Shown here one piece after another: positions 1 through 13,545 of a stretch of 64,000 bases of DNA. Source of the stretch: Eukaryota sp. GEM-RC1 (taxonomy: Eukaryota); the NCBI GenBank assembly GCA_040285855.1, contig JAUFOQ010000001.1, positions 744,001 through 808,000 on the forward strand, written 5' to 3'. The translations under genes were made by a program, and so were the position numbers. Under the pieces are notes generated by a model that had not been told where the DNA came from, ran no database searches, and saw only the letters and a list, made by a program, of their open reading frames with translations. The first letter of the stretch is position 1. Each line of letters opens with the position of its first letter.

Positions 1-948
1 TTGAGATGTCTGAAAAATCGCATGGTACTTGAAAAATTTACGGAACTCACACCTCAACAAAGAAATGCCGATGGTGTTCTGCCATCGATAAGTCGGTTTT
101 TTGAATTTAATCAACTGAATATCCTTAGTTATTTTGGCGACACTGTTTTAGACTTAGTACCGTATGATGCAGAGAAATGCAAACTTAGAGAACTTTGCGC
201 TAAGTACGATGCTTTTAAAGTTTATACAAAGTTTCTCCAAACTGAGGATTTTACATTTGTTGATATATGGAGAACTTTGGATAACTTTCACTGCCGGTTT
301 TCGGACATGACCAAGTATACTTCCACTGAAAGTGGTATAGTTCACTGTCCTGAATTTTACTCAGGAGTACTTAAAGTATTGTGTGGAAATGAAGAAACTC
401 TGAAAGATTAAGAGAAACGATTATTGAAGCCATTCACAAAAAAAAATTCAAGTTGATGACCAGAATGATATCAGAAGAAGCAATGAAGAGGGAAGTAGAA
501 AGAGTTCAACGGGAACTAAGAACCATAAAGAATAAGATGAATCCAATTATGTTGACTTGTCTTTCATCCCGCTTAGATCCAATATATGCGAGCATCTATT
601 CAGCAAAGCTAAGAGAACACTGGAAATCCATCGTCTTGCTATTAATCCAGCTAGTCTTCAGAAACAGCTGTTTCTACACGAAAACCGTGAGTTTTGAGAC
701 CTTTCCACAATCGATTACATTGTTAACCTAAAAAGAGATAAAAAAGCCGATAATGAAGTCGTAGATATCAGTGATAATCAGTTTGTTTCAGTTAGTGTTT
801 TTGTCGCCATAAATATCATTAACTCTAGTTCATATTTATTTAAATATTGCGATATTTATTGCAAAATATGGAATGTGAATAAATATTTATTTTCATCGAT
901 TTACAACTAGAATAGGATATGTATTTAAATATATATTAGTGCTCCCTG
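1..948 (+). mobile_element. hAT transposon 3' remnant (fragmented transposase C-terminus, subterminal repeats, ...CCCTG end)
   Basis: ~590-700 reads FSKAKRTLEIHRLAINPASLQKQLFLHEN (hAT dimerisation-domain end). ATATTGC-type subterminal motifs and a terminal ccctg at 944-948 are also seen in the hAT relic at 17777-18306. Confidence 0.55.
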
Positions 949-1271
949 GATGTGGTCTGTTGTATAAAGACACTGCTAAAAACACTCCAAAAGATCTACC
1001 TCATCCCTCTGCCTCATCCCTCCCAATCCATTGAACTGAGTTCTTTGTTGTCTTTGTTCTCTCTCTTTGAAGAAACAAATCTGAGCCTGTAAGGTAATCT
1101 CGATTTGGCTGAAGCTAAAGATATCTTTGACTTCCATCGTTTTCCATCAGCTTCTGATTACATTTCTTGTCCAGCCAGGATCATGACCAGTCTCTCGTTT
1201 GAAATGACAATCATCAAGGTGATGAACCGACAGATTGGTGATCTCTATGTTACTTAAAGTGCTGCTACCTC

Positions 1272-1487
1272 TTGCTATCAAAATGTTGTTACCAAAAAAC
1301 AGCAGAAAACTGTGGTTTTATGGATGTCTGCAGAATACAATCGCCGTCTAGTACCAACAGCGTGAACACTAGAAAGCATATTCGACGCTCTTATGCATGT
1401 TTTAAGTGTAATCAAGTTTGTACTTATACAAGAGAATGTCCCAATACGAATGTCAAGGTAAGAACAGTTGAGGGTGAGTTCCCCTGA
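1272..1487 (+). pseudogene. Degenerate CCHC zinc-knuckle (gag-like) fragment
   Basis: CFKCNQVCTYTRECP resembles CX2CX4HX4C with the His lost. Confidence 0.35.
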
Positions 1488-1649
1488 GTTGCTCATAATC
1501 AGAACTTGACTATTATAAATTCTAGCTCATTTAATGAAATTGGCAAATTACAACACGACATCGAACAACTGAAAAATACAGCCGCAGAAACTCAAATGGT
1601 GTCAATCAGTTTTTCAATTAAAAATGATTAAATTCTGTCAAACTAGTGA

Positions 1650-2095
1650 ACACTCTGAGTTACAAGTTAGTGGGGATAGAAAGAAAGTTGTTGTTGGAAG
1701 TGATTGTGTAGCTGAAATATCATGGAAGAAGATCCACTTCTTCCAGGTAATGTTTATACTTGGAAGTTGAGGTATCAGGGGCGTAATTGTGGTCTTTTTG
1801 TTTGAGTCATTGACGAGTCAAAGTTTGACGTTGGTGGTCGTTGTTGTTATGAGAATGCTCACTGTTTTGACAATAATAATAGTGTATTTGGTTGTCTCTC
1901 AGGAAACAAGTGCAAGTGGAATCCTGGTGAATTGCTCGCAATCAATACAAATCTAATTAATTACACCTTAACAATCAAATCTGTGATTAATTCTTTAATT
2001 AATGTTACTGGAACTCTTCCTCGATTAATTTGTGGTAATTATTCTGTTAACACTTTCGTATTTCATCGTAATGATGTGCTTGAAATCGTTGAATA
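1650..2095 (+). pseudogene. 3' remnant of a multicopy gene family (SPRY-like beta-rich C-terminus); paralogous piece at 24290-24455
   Basis: NLINYTLTIKSVINSLINVTGTLPRL...LEIVE* recurs as DLINYTLTIKSVSNSSINLTGTLPRL...LEIVE* at 24.3-24.45 kb. The domain identity is a guess. Confidence 0.35.
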
Positions 2096-2959
2096 ATGTG
2101 TGTACTTCTTTTCATTTGCAGTGCTTGTACACGATGATCATCTTACTATGTTTTTTATTTTTTTTATTGGTTATAAACGAGTTTGAAAGTCTATTTGTCT
2201 AGTGTTATAAAAAATGTTTTATTCTATAAACTTACACTAAAGAAAATAAAATAGACATGTAAACACCCCAAAAGCACGTTCACGTTCCTATGTTCATACG
2301 GCAATGGATGTAACTATGGCAAAGTCGAGGCGCTAACTATCAAAAAGTGGATCAAACATTCCCTTTCTACTCCTGCTGACGACAGAAAAGAATATCCGGT
2401 CTCAATCAAGGTCGCAGCAGAAAAGGTCACTTTCAAAGCATATGCACATTTGGTAAAAGAAAGTGATCAAGTTGAAGCTAGATCCACAACCGACGAGTTC
2501 TTACAAGAACAAAACCCTCAAATCGACGGACCTCAATCCTGGGAAAGCTGGACCAATGCTTACAGGGATGATCCCACTGTTGTAACCACAGCTATCCCGA
2601 CTGATTTCACTCAATTCTTTTGCACAGTCGAAAATCTGATCGATAATGAAATTAGTCAGGATAAGGAGGCCATCTTTCAAATCCTTACCCAAGAAATACT
2701 TGAAGCCAATGATCACGCTTGAACGTGTTGAATGTTCGTACTGACATCATTGTGGCTACCATGCCTAGTTTGATTAAAAGCGCTCGAAAGCATGTTTCCT
2801 CGGCTGCATTACTTTCTGAAGTTGTACCTCAACAGCTCAAAAGAGCTGATAATGTTCCGATTAGCCATAAACGAGTTTCTCCTAAAGTTTTGTTATTTAG
2901 TTTAAGTTAGTCGTTGATGTTTTAGATAATAAACTTTGTATTTATTACTTACTCCACAT

Positions 2960-3621
2960 ACACCCTTAGTTTTTCCTTGACGAGATAGGGTGATCGGTAT
3001 ACTTCATATTGTTTCCATCCAGAATTAGAAAATATTCTAGAGCAATTAAATCACATATGGTAGTCAGGACCCTGTTCAAAAACTGAATTCTGTCAAAATT
3101 TGGTTAGTTCAGCACTAGTCTTTGAACAGTTTTATTAAAAGATCCAAAAAAAAAAGTCTCTATAGGGTTTTGCTCAGGACAATATGGAGGCAACTAAAAA
3201 TATCGACATACCCATTGACGTCTATAGATACACAGGCTCGTATTTGACTATTCTTATAAAAAGGCTGTGCACTACTATTGGACGTCCTTTTGGCGACCAG
3301 TCTTGAGTACGTTCGCTCTTGAAAGACACTTCGTCTATAAAAAGAAAATGTTGTTGAATAACAGGACCTACAATGTATATAATCCTTTGGAACTGCTCAT
3401 TAAGCTCGTTTTTGGCTCTGTGTACCACAGCTTGGCACTTCTTGCTCGTAAATCCAGCTCATCAAATACCGTTGAGACTTTTGCTCGAGCCGGCGATTCT
3501 CAAATCGCTCAAGCTTTAAGGTCCTGAGCTGTCTTCGCACTCCTGCTTGAGAGCATTCCTCCACAATCCTCTGGAAAATAATTGGTTGCATAAGTTGATA
3601 AAGCAGTTTAAAAGTAAACAT
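2960..3621 (-). mobile_element. Tc1/IS630-like DDE transposase remnant
   Basis: FLFIDEVSF...WSPKGRP motif in ORF 3222-3428 is typical of the first catalytic Asp region of IS630-Tc1 transposases. Fragmented. Confidence 0.6.
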
Positions 3622-3843
3622 TGACTGACAACAGAGTTCGAAATTGGATTCACTGAAATATGGAGTTAATCATGTTGAATCTCTGGTTCTAAATGAATTA
3701 TTGATCTTGAAGTTTCTGACCTGATTAGACTTTTGTCCAATCTAACAACAATGTTTCGTTTCATGGTAATAGCTTTCATGACATGTAACTATTGATAAAC
3801 CATTTTTTCGTAAACTTTGGCTCTGGATTTTGGGGGAAAGATA

Positions 3844-4830
3844 ATAACGAAATTTGCTTTCATTATCATGTGTTGACATCAAAACTAGACTAAAAAACTA
3901 CCAACGGATATAGATGGATATAAACAAACACCAATAACAAAGAAGACAAGAAGAGAAACAATAGAATCTGTTCAACAAATCTTAGTAATTGTGATTAATT
4001 ATGAAAGTCCAAAGTTCGGTTCGAATGGAGTAAGTGGATGAAGAAGGCATATTCAGAGGACATTGGTGTTATAGCACAACTAAGAACAAAGTTTAATGGA
4101 GAACAAGTGATAACGGAAGCACAAGAAGACAAAGGACCGCGGACCATTCTAAGAAGCATTTGCAGATTCGGAGGCGCGAAGTACGGAGAGGAAAGGATCG
4201 GAACAACACCTGGACCAAACAATGGTAAAGGAGTGATATGAATATGAGGAGGAGATAGAGTAGATGAGCTAAAGATTCAAGAACAAGAGAGACTCAGAAG
4301 TAAGACGATGAAGGAACGATCAGAGAGCAAAAGTGGGTGTTAGTTGAACTTAGATTAAGAGACGACATCTTCCATGAACATTGACTTCCGTTCTTGATCT
4401 AATCCCTTCGGTAAGTGACGTCTCTTTGTACCTCCAATTGATCTACATCATCCGTTTTCTTCTTCTCTCTGTATTCTCTTGAAAACAGTCACTCTTTACT
4501 TGTGAACCTTCTTTCCTTTGTCTCTTCAAGTCTCTCATAGCCGTTGCAATCTTTACTTTTTGCGATTGGAATTGATGTTGTACTCATTGGGTGTGTTCGC
4601 CTTCAATCTCACCTTTCTTGATTTCTCTCGTTGACCTTATCCGATCGAATCTTCTCATACAATCTTTTTGTTTGTCAAAATCTCTTTTATTTCCCTACAT
4701 TTGACACATCTGGTCTTCTTTCGCTTTATCTGGTAAGTTCAGACTTTTTATTTCTCGTTAATTAGGATGATATGTAAATCTGAAGTGTTTTTTTCGTTTT
4801 AACCACGATAATGAAAGTAAGTTTTGTTAT
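3844..4830. mobile_element. ~990-bp non-autonomous TIR element (family copies at ~11045-12013 and 28581-28720)
   Basis: Left end ataacgaaatttgctttcattatc is the near reverse complement of right end gataatgaaagtaagttttgttat. The internal sequence is recognisably repeated at 11.05-12.0 kb. Confidence 0.65.
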
Positions 4831-4975
4831 CTAATTTGGAATAGTCATTTTCATTAGTATTATTTATTTTTAGTAGATAAACCATAAATGTACCACACTT
4901 TGGTTCCATTTTGGTGGTAAACAAAATTTCTCACCAGCCAACTCCTTCACCAACCCAAATTTCCTTGGCTATTCA

Positions 4976-6212
4976 TCAATGGGACTTTTGAGATACTATT
5001 ACGGAGAGTTGAATCCGGCTGAGAGTAATCCGATAGAAGTTGTCTGCTTTAATGAGACGAAAGGCAGCAAACTGAGTAATTGAGGAGCTAAGAGACTCAA
5101 GATTGTTTGAGAAAGGAGCCTGATTGCTATCAATCTGCGCAAAGAAGCGGTCGAGATTTTGGGAAATGACCACTGTTTTGGCATCTCCATCAGAGTAACA
5201 GAGTAAAGTTGTGCCCAGGTACTCCAAGCAGTGTCGTTGGCTGCCATGATTTGCTTCGCTTCTTTCAGATCCTCAACAGTCACATTTCTGTTCACGACAT
5301 CAGCTTGATGTTCCTTAAATGAGTTGATCTTATCATAAAAGATTTGAAAAGAACCTCCAAGACAGTTTCGGGATGGAGAAGTTGTTGTTGTTCTTTCGCT
5401 TCGGCATCGTACATTGACACAATCAAGCGAACCAGATCGGTAACGCGTATATCAGAAGAAGCATCATAGTAGAAGGTTTTTGAAGCATTCAAGAAGGGTT
5501 TCCTGCCAAATATATATAAGATTGTATCAATCTTGACAGGAGTTAAGGGGATGTTTTGTTGTTCTAATTCTGAGAGATGAAGTGTACGATATAACATTGG
5601 TGAGGGAATGGTGTCCAAGGAATTTTATGTGATAAAAGTGACAACCACTACAGATTGTCCTAAATATACCATAAATATCTGTTTTGTCCTTGAGTTTTCC
5701 CTAGTTGTATTAGATGGATAATCATCCAATCTGGGAACTTTCTTCAACAGCTGTTGTAGAATTAGTCTAGTGTCTTCGCTGATAATCAAGTTAACTTCTA
5801 CATCTTTCACCATCAATATTTCATATTCACTGGAAATATTTTTCAGTAGAAGTTTCATTCTGAGGCAAACGTCCAAAAGATTTCCAGTGGAGATCTTGAG
5901 GTACTTTTTAATACGCGATGCAGAGACTGGACTCTTGAAGACGCCACATGTCTTGTATTGAAATTGGTCTTCGCAGTGAGTTCGGGAAGAGCTTGAGGAG
6001 GTACGGCGGTAGCTTCCTGACTTTTCACACCCAAGAACATAGGAATCGGTGTAGGATTTAAGCACTACTAACTCAAACTTCAAAGCAAAAGCGAATTCAA
6101 AGATTCCATCCATTACTTGTTCGCAAGAAGCGGCATCAACACCGTCAAAGGAGGCGAGGTGAACACCAGAAACTGGAGGGGATGATGAATTTGACGTTGC
6201 AGAAAAGGGCAA
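4976..6212 (-). mobile_element. Internally deleted Mutator-like (MULE) transposase remnant
   Basis: N-terminal FELVVLKS...LGCEKSGSYR and C-terminal ASSRVQSLHRVLKS (cf. MULE TxxRVESxHxxLK) are directly joined, and the frames are broken. Confidence 0.55.
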
Positions 6213-6658
6213 TACCTGGTTATGGTACCTTTAGGCTCACTAGTACAACTAGGCGGTGGTTCAATTAGGGAAACAAATAATTACTGATTTTGGTACCGAA
6301 TGTCAGAATAAAAAATGAGTAAATAGTCTGACACAACTAATAGGCACTGACAATCAAGAAGCGATGATTTATAACAAAGAGAACTTTACCAGCGTGATGT
6401 GCCATTCAGCCATACGCATATGACATTTTCTGCCATAAAGTGCATTAATTTTCTGTGATATGTCTATATTCATCAGATACACCTAAATCCACACAAATGT
6501 AATCCAATCATCCGATATCATTCAATAATAGTTTCTAGTACAGTAGCTAAGATCTGGAGGTGTTCTAATTTGTTTAGAGCAAGACAATTGATCATGAAAG
6601 AAAATTAATTGATGACTTCTGCCCGAAAAGACTCGGATTAATCAATAGGTATCGTATT

Positions 6659-7130
6659 TAGATGTTGAATAAAAGTGAAGTACAATTTGGTTTTGGGTTA
6701 ACACTAGATTTGTCAAATGACGCGTCATGACGCGTCACGACTTGAACATTCCACGTCGACGTCGCGTTGCGTTGCGTCACGTCGCAACGAGTCGCAACGC
6801 TTTTAGTACAAGTAATATTGTGTTGAACTAGAATTAAAGATAATGTACACACTTTTCTTCCTTCACTCTATCCATGAGTCGACGAAGATTCCTCCAAAAG
6901 ACTCTGTTCCCTGCTCCAAAGCGCTCTTGACTACTGGAAGTCGAATTCAAGAAGATTTCCAACATTAACAAAAATTGCTCGGGATTTCTTTTATATCCAG
7001 GCCACTTCAGTTCCTGCTGAACAAGGTCAAATGAAACTTTCAGTCCACTACGTTATATCTACGTAAGGTACTGACAAATTATAAAACAAGTGGGACAATT
7101 GAAGTATTGGGTAAAAATCAGTTAACAAAT
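6659..7130 (+). mobile_element. hAT remnant with CG-rich palindromic subterminal motifs
   Basis: Clustered TGACGCGTCA/GTCGCAACG motifs at 6717-6800; ~6980-7025 reads RDFFYIQATSVPAEQ (hAT dimerisation motif). Confidence 0.5.
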
Positions 7131-7560
7131 GGAATGATTATTCTTCTTCATCTAAACGATGTCTGTAAAATCATTAAACTATTAATGTCACTCAAGTAAA
7201 TTTGAAGCAAACTACACAGTACCATTGATCCATAAGGTTTGTTGATTGTTGATGAAGAAGGTGACACAAAAACAAGCTAGTATAACTTCATTTCTAGTTC
7301 AAGAGTAAACTTCAGACATATGGTCTGTATTTTGCAATTTTGAAAGGGCATCACAGAGATTATCAACAATCAAATATCTTGAGTTGTTCTGTTGTCAGCT
7401 GATGACAAGGTAGTTTTGTAAAGAATTGGGCGATATAGCACCAACTTGTTACCGCTGTAATATTATTTTCAAGTTCACAAGACATCAGTTACCACACTTC
7501 CGTTTTCAACACTTTGAAAAAAGAAACACATTGGTTTATATAGCACTGTGTTAAAACATA

Positions 7561-8640
7561 TTAAGGCCGACTAAGTTGGCTTACTCCCACTATGTTAACT
7601 GAGGCATTAACTTGTAACGACTCTGCCAAAGCTCTAGCACCGTCCCTTTCGATAGAGTTTGCATTGAGTCCAACACGTGTAACTGAAGAATTGACTTTCA
7701 ACGCCTCTGCCAATGCTCTAGCACCATCATCTCCAATAAAGTTTGCGCTCAGTCCAACACTTGTTACTGAAGTATTAACATTCGACGCCTCGGCCAAAGC
7801 TCTAGCACCATCAATTCCAATAGAGTTTGCACTCAGTCCAACACTTGTAACTGAAGTATTAACTTTCAACGCACATGCCAAAGCTTTTGCACCGACATCT
7901 CCAATTGAGTTTCCATTAAGTCCAACACTTGTATCTGAAGTATTAACTTTCAACGCCTCTGCCAAAGCTCTAGTACCGTCATCACAAATACAGTTTTTAC
8001 TAAGAAAAATACTTGTAACTGAAGTATTAACTTTTAAAACCTCTGCCAAAGCCCTGACACCATCATCTCTAAAACAGTAGTTACGCAGATCCGCAATTAA
8101 AACATTATCATCTCTTACTGCTAACAGTACCTCCTTAACTTTTGGATCCAAGTATTTCCACTGATCCTCGTACAAAGTTCAATGAATTCTGGTAATTTGG
8201 TTTATGTTCTTCACGAGTAGCACTGAAGGGAATAATGTGTTCAGATGAGTCTTCATCAGATGACCAGTAGAGCAAAGAGCTCTGTTGGGACACTTTCTGA
8301 TTAGATGGCTGGCTCTCAATGAGGTGATTCTGCAGTTGACGGCTAATTTCAATGAGAGATTGTTTATGATAGTCGCAATCATTTTCTAAGTTTGAAATCG
8401 ATTTTAAATGTTGTTTAGAAAGGTCAAGATTTTGTTTTTTCACACAACTTTTTTCATTAAGCAATTGTATGTTCTTAGCTTGCGATTGGTTTTTAACTTC
8501 GCTATTTCTTCAAATTGTTTTACTAATACAGACTGTTCAAGTTGTTGCGGTGTAGGTTCAGAGAAACTTGTATTTCCTAAAATTTGAATAATTTGACAAA
8601 TTTGTGGTCGTAGAATTGGATCTGGATTTAGACATTGTTA
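7561..8640 (-). pseudogene. Truncated, frameshifted paralogue of the RING-kinase-LRR gene (kinase end, coiled coil, RI-type LRRs)
   Basis: 28-aa repeats ALAEALKVNTSVTSVGLSANSIGxDGAR. 8580-8640 matches the kinase-end sequence at 16540-16600. The 5' part is replaced by TE fragments. Confidence 0.75.
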
Positions 8641-8887
8641 AATGTCATAAACAACTGTCATAATTTTCAATGTTCTCAGAAACTAGACCTAAGAGATAAA
8701 ACTCGAGGCTGTATAGCAGAGATGTAAAGACAGAGGGATATATGATTTATACATGCTACGAGACATGATGAATGTCGTGTTATTTGAGGAATGAACTAAA
8801 CATAGTAATCAAACAGCAGGATTTGGATATGGATTTGGTATGCATTTATTTTGAACATCACTTCAGGTTGAAGACGTTGGTAGCTCT

Positions 8888-9120
8888 TTGCCCAAAAAAA
8901 TTGGACTAATAATAGACGGTTGGTTTGAACCCTCACAGAGCTACGAATATGTGGGTATTTTTGCAGTCGGTCCTGGTCTTACTAAACCCATTCTTTTGGC
9001 TCTTTCACCTTTTGAAACTGACCTAGAAGTGACGGAACAACAGCCATATGATGAAAGGCAAACCCTCCTCGGTGCTGACGAGTACGATGATATTATTGAC
9101 GGCATCCTTGCAGCATACTA
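8888..9120 (+). mobile_element. hAT transposase fragment (first catalytic Asp region)
   Basis: IGLIIDGWF...YVGIFAV...PILLALSP. Confidence 0.5.
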
Positions 9121-9420
9121 CCATGAGCCTCAGAGTACTCATGGCCAAACATACTCATCAATCTTCACTCAAACATTTCAACTTACCTGAGCTATCCTAA
9201 AACAGACTAGTGCTCCAAATCATCCACTCCTCACTCAGGTCAACTGTACGCCTACAAACTAGGCGTACAGTTGACTTTCGAGTGTCTCCACCTTGATATA
9301 ATGGGACATTTCCCATCAGATTCGTCTGGATACAAATGAGTTTTAGCGTTCATTGACTCCTTCTCTCGTTTCACATACCCGTCTAAAGACTGTGTTCAAA
9401 CCTTGATTGAATCAGTCTGG
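9120..9420 (+). mobile_element. LTR-retrotransposon integrase fragment
   Basis: ~9310-9380 reads FPSDSSGYK*VLAFIDSFSRF (rve core start). Confidence 0.45.
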
Positions 9421-11044
9421 TTTTTCGCTAAATTTCGAAAGACAGTAAGGGCAAAGGGAAAGTAATTCAGCTCATTCAATTATATTGCTTTTATGCATCT
9501 AATTTTGGAACGGTTAAAGCGTTTTAATTGTGCAGATACTTTTCGACATGCAGGATGGAGAGAAAATCAATTTTTTTTATTTTTTTTGTAAGAATAAAAG
9601 TAATCTTTTATGATAAACAACATCTAAACCAGTGAGCTTTCTGAGAGGGTGGGAATTTTCCACATTAACTGCAGCGTTAAATTGCTCAACTAACACACGG
9701 GACAATGATGCCTTCTGAACTGATCTTTTTTTAGCCGTTCTTACAAAGTCGAGCAAATCTTCTATCAAATCCTCAATGCATCTCCTTCTTTTACGGTTAA
9801 TATCATCGATACGTCGTGCAAGTTCCTCAGCCAAAAAACCCATTTCAAATCCATCAGTTGGATCTCATCAATGGGCAGGTCACCATTCCGAAAAAGATGG
9901 GCGATGTCTCCCGGAACAGAGTTAGCTTTGATTGCAGAATTAATATCTGGTGCATTGAGCTTGGGATTCAACTCTGTTAATAGCTTGAAATCAATGCTGC
10001 GTACTGTTATAGTTGTAGATTTGTGTAATTTCATATTAGGTTTTCATCTTCCCCCTTACATACATAGAAGTTCTTTCCTATAAAGGTTCTCCTCTCATTG
10101 TATGTTACACCACCGTGTACAAAGACCAACAGTACTTTTGTTTTCAGATGCTTGTTTAAAAGCAGTGTAATCAGCGGGTGAGACGTTGTCTGGAGCAACA
10201 CAGATATCGAATACAAATTACTGCCTTTTTTCTGCATAAGGAGTAGACCAATTTCTTACCCAAACAGAAATGATTTCTACGGTTATTTTAGAGTAGTCGT
10301 AGGTCTCTGTAGTGAAATAACTTCTACAATCTGCTTATACTTTTCCTGAAAATAGATCATTAAAAAACGTCACTTCAAATCTAAGAAGATTCAGAAGTAC
10401 AAAAATGACTCTTTTATCTAAAGATGAGAATAGGTGGTCCAAAGTTTTGAAAAGGAACCAAAGTGAGGGAAATTACTTCATCCACGGAGTGAAATTAAAG
10501 ACTACAACTGCTTGATTTAATACATTTACAAATGATTTCCGTGAGCGGTGAAGTAATATTCTTATGAATAAAGACAGATATTAAATGAAACAATTCCAAC
10601 ACTTACGAATCAACAACTAACTTTCCACTTATATACACCTCCTTTCACCAAAGATTTATCACTTAGAACAATACCCAATACTTTTACTGAAGGAAATCAT
10701 CTTACCAGAGTTGGATAAAATCTACTGGTAATATGAGTTTATATCATTGGTAGAGTCAACATCCGAATCCAATAAAATGGACAAAACAATAGAAATCATT
10801 AACAAATGATTTACTATGGACAATTGTCTAATGTACATACAGTTTTTGAAAAAGCATCAAAACATAACAACATTATTTTCAAAATGTTCATGATGAGGTC
10901 ACCAACGTGGCATTCCTCATTCAAAAAAACAACAAGAAATGTCGTGATCAAGTTTCTCCCATCACGTGTATAGAGCTCATGGGTACAGACATACAAGCTA
11001 AGGTGGTCAGATAGATGACACGTTAAAAAATGGTAGATCTACAA

Positions 11045-12013
11045 ACGGACGGAGAACAAGTATGCAACGATCACACCGATGATTTAGATTGAGAGAAATG
11101 ACGGACAAAACGAGTTTCAAGTCTTGTTGATGAGAAAGATGAAAAGAAGTCGGAGTAAGTGGAAGAAGAAGTGATATTCAGAAGACATTGTTGATGTAAC
11201 TCAACTAGGAGCAAATCTTGAGGGAGAACAAGTGATAATGGAAGCACAAGAAGACACAGGGCCGAGAATTGCGGATCTTTGTCCGTAGTAGCTGTACATT
11301 CGTGAACGAGAAGTACGGAGAGGAAAGAATCAAACGATTACGCTGACCAAACAGTGACAACGGAGTGATATGAACACGAGAGAGATAGAGTAGATGAGAT
11401 ATAGATTCAAGAACAAGAGAGACTCAGGAGAAAGACGTGATTGAACGAACAGACGTTCAACAAACGTTGATGTTAGTTCTAGATGAAGAGAATACATCTT
11501 TCATGTCCACAGACTTCTACTCTTGATATTCTCCCTTCGATAAGTGACGACGTCTCGTGCCTCCAATTGATCTGCATCATCCGGTCTCTTGTTTCTTTGT
11601 ATCCTTACTTGAAGACAGTCACTTGATATTCACTCATTACTTGTGCTCCTCCTTCATGTCTCTCGCAATCGCTGCAGCTCTTTTGCCTAGGATTAGAGGA
11701 TGTTCTACTCAATGTGGATGTTCTCACTTTGCATTGAATCATTTGATCTCATCTCTTTTGATTTCTCTCACCACGGTGTCCCGTTATTGATCCGTTCTAC
11801 TCGTACAATCTTTTGTTTGTCAACATCTCTCTCACGTCCCTACATTTGACACATTTGGTCTTCTTGTCTGTTTCTCTTTTGAACTTGTTGAGTCTTCTTT
11901 CGGTTCATATTTGGTAAGTTCAGACTTTCCACTTCTCTTTACCTTTGATTGTTGGTATATCACAAGTTTTTTGTTTTATAGCAAAACACGATAATGAAAG
12001 TAAATTTCATTAT
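11045..12013. mobile_element. Second, 5'-truncated copy of the ~990-bp TIR element
   Basis: Shares blocks such as gagaacaagtgataa.ggaagcacaagaagaca and the right TIR acgataatgaaagtaaatttcattat with 3844-4830. Confidence 0.6.
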
Positions 12014-13092
12014 TATATTTAAAAAATGATCAATTTTAGCTCTCTACAATTTCAATTTCTAAATGCTGTACTACATCCACTGTTAAGTTCATTGTGAGTA
12101 ATTACATGACTCACTTTGCACTTTAAGAGTTCGACAATCGGTCTCTATCAGTTCAACTTTTGATTTAAGTTCTTCTTCTTTTTTGAACATTATTATTTGG
12201 TTTCCTGGAAAAATCAACAAAGAGAATTATTAAACAAAGAGAGTTCTACTATACATCTACAACATCATCCTTTCTCCAGTTCTTTCAAGTGTTCTAGAGG
12301 GTTAGTGTATCTTAACATATGGATTCAATGGGGTTCTTTGAGCTTCTTTCTTTGAGTCACATAGATCGGATAAGTTTCCTATTTCCGCAGTTGAATCATA
12401 ACTTTTTTGACAGTGCTTTACGTAGCTCTTAAAATCAGGTGTTTCTACCATGTCAGACGAAAAAGACGATCGACTGCGAGACTTTCATTGGTTTACTCGT
12501 TCAAAGATAGAATCTGCCATTCGTAACACACTGATCAGAGTAGTAGTCATTGGACAACAATCTTATTGGACTACGATTCACAGTTGGTCCGATACTCTTC
12601 ACATCCGTTGGCACCTTCAACTATCTCATATACTTCAATAAATGAAGCTCGTTTGAATGCTATTTTGGTGTCAACTATTTTTTCATTAAAGACAGTTGAC
12701 CCTACTGTAATCATAGCAGGTCTGTAGTTTTAAAATTTATCACGTGGAAACTTCCCTTACAGACATACATTTCTAGGGCATCCACGTTGCCAAGGTACGT
12801 TGAATGATTTTTTACACTGGGTGCTACAGAGAACTATGGATTCTTACATGATGGGTTTTTACAAGTAGTCCGATTTAAACCAATGATTTCTTATCGACGC
12901 TGATCCTTGCTGTTGAAGGAACATACTCATGGTTTCTTGCCGTATCATCGGTATTCTGTTCTTTTGGAGCGGATGAGAAACCGAGTTCACTGAAGTCATA
13001 TAACATTGTCTGAATGTTTGTCTGTCTGTAATCTCATTAGTGGCCTTTTCTACCAAGGTTCCGAGATTTTCGATATTCTTAGTTCGAATACA

Positions 13093-13545
13093 TCAAGGAT
13101 TCAATGATATTGCAGGTGAGTTGTCCATATCAATAGCAGTGACTCCATTGTTGTGTAAAAGGTCTAGACCATCTCTTCTGACAGTGAGTTCAGAGTGATC
13201 ACATAGGAGAAATATGGATTTGTCAGAAAGTTGTGTTGAAGGTAAAGGAGGAGAATTTTTGCTGTTCAAAGCAGCATGTGCTCTTTGAATGACTTCTAGT
13301 CCTTCAGAAGTCAAGGAGTAAAGTCTCTCCTTCTTTTTTACAATCATACCTTTGCTGATAAGATTGGAAGCTTCAACCCATCCAGATTTTGGGAAGTTTG
13401 GATTGAGCGTCCGAGTAGCTTCAAGTAGGGCTGTCTTCGACATTGGCTGGAAGTGATGCCACATCGCGGTAAGTAAAACCCAAGAGTTGATACTATGTCT
13501 TGGGTATAAGACATATAAGAACCAAATAAATAAGCAAAAAGGCAA
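13093..13545 (-). pseudogene. MUS81-like fragment (winged helix plus start of ERCC4 nuclease domain)
   Basis: YPRHSINSWVLLTAM..MSKTALL..W..ASNLISKGMIV..YSLTSEG matches the MUS81 WH pattern. It is followed by IFLLCDHSE..LLHNNGV (cf. ERCC4 VDxRE) and is truncated. Confidence 0.5.

Noticed and set aside
9577..10240. Ski2-like helicase remnant (VHGGVTYNERR)
   Set aside because: A single weak motif in broken frames, insufficient support.
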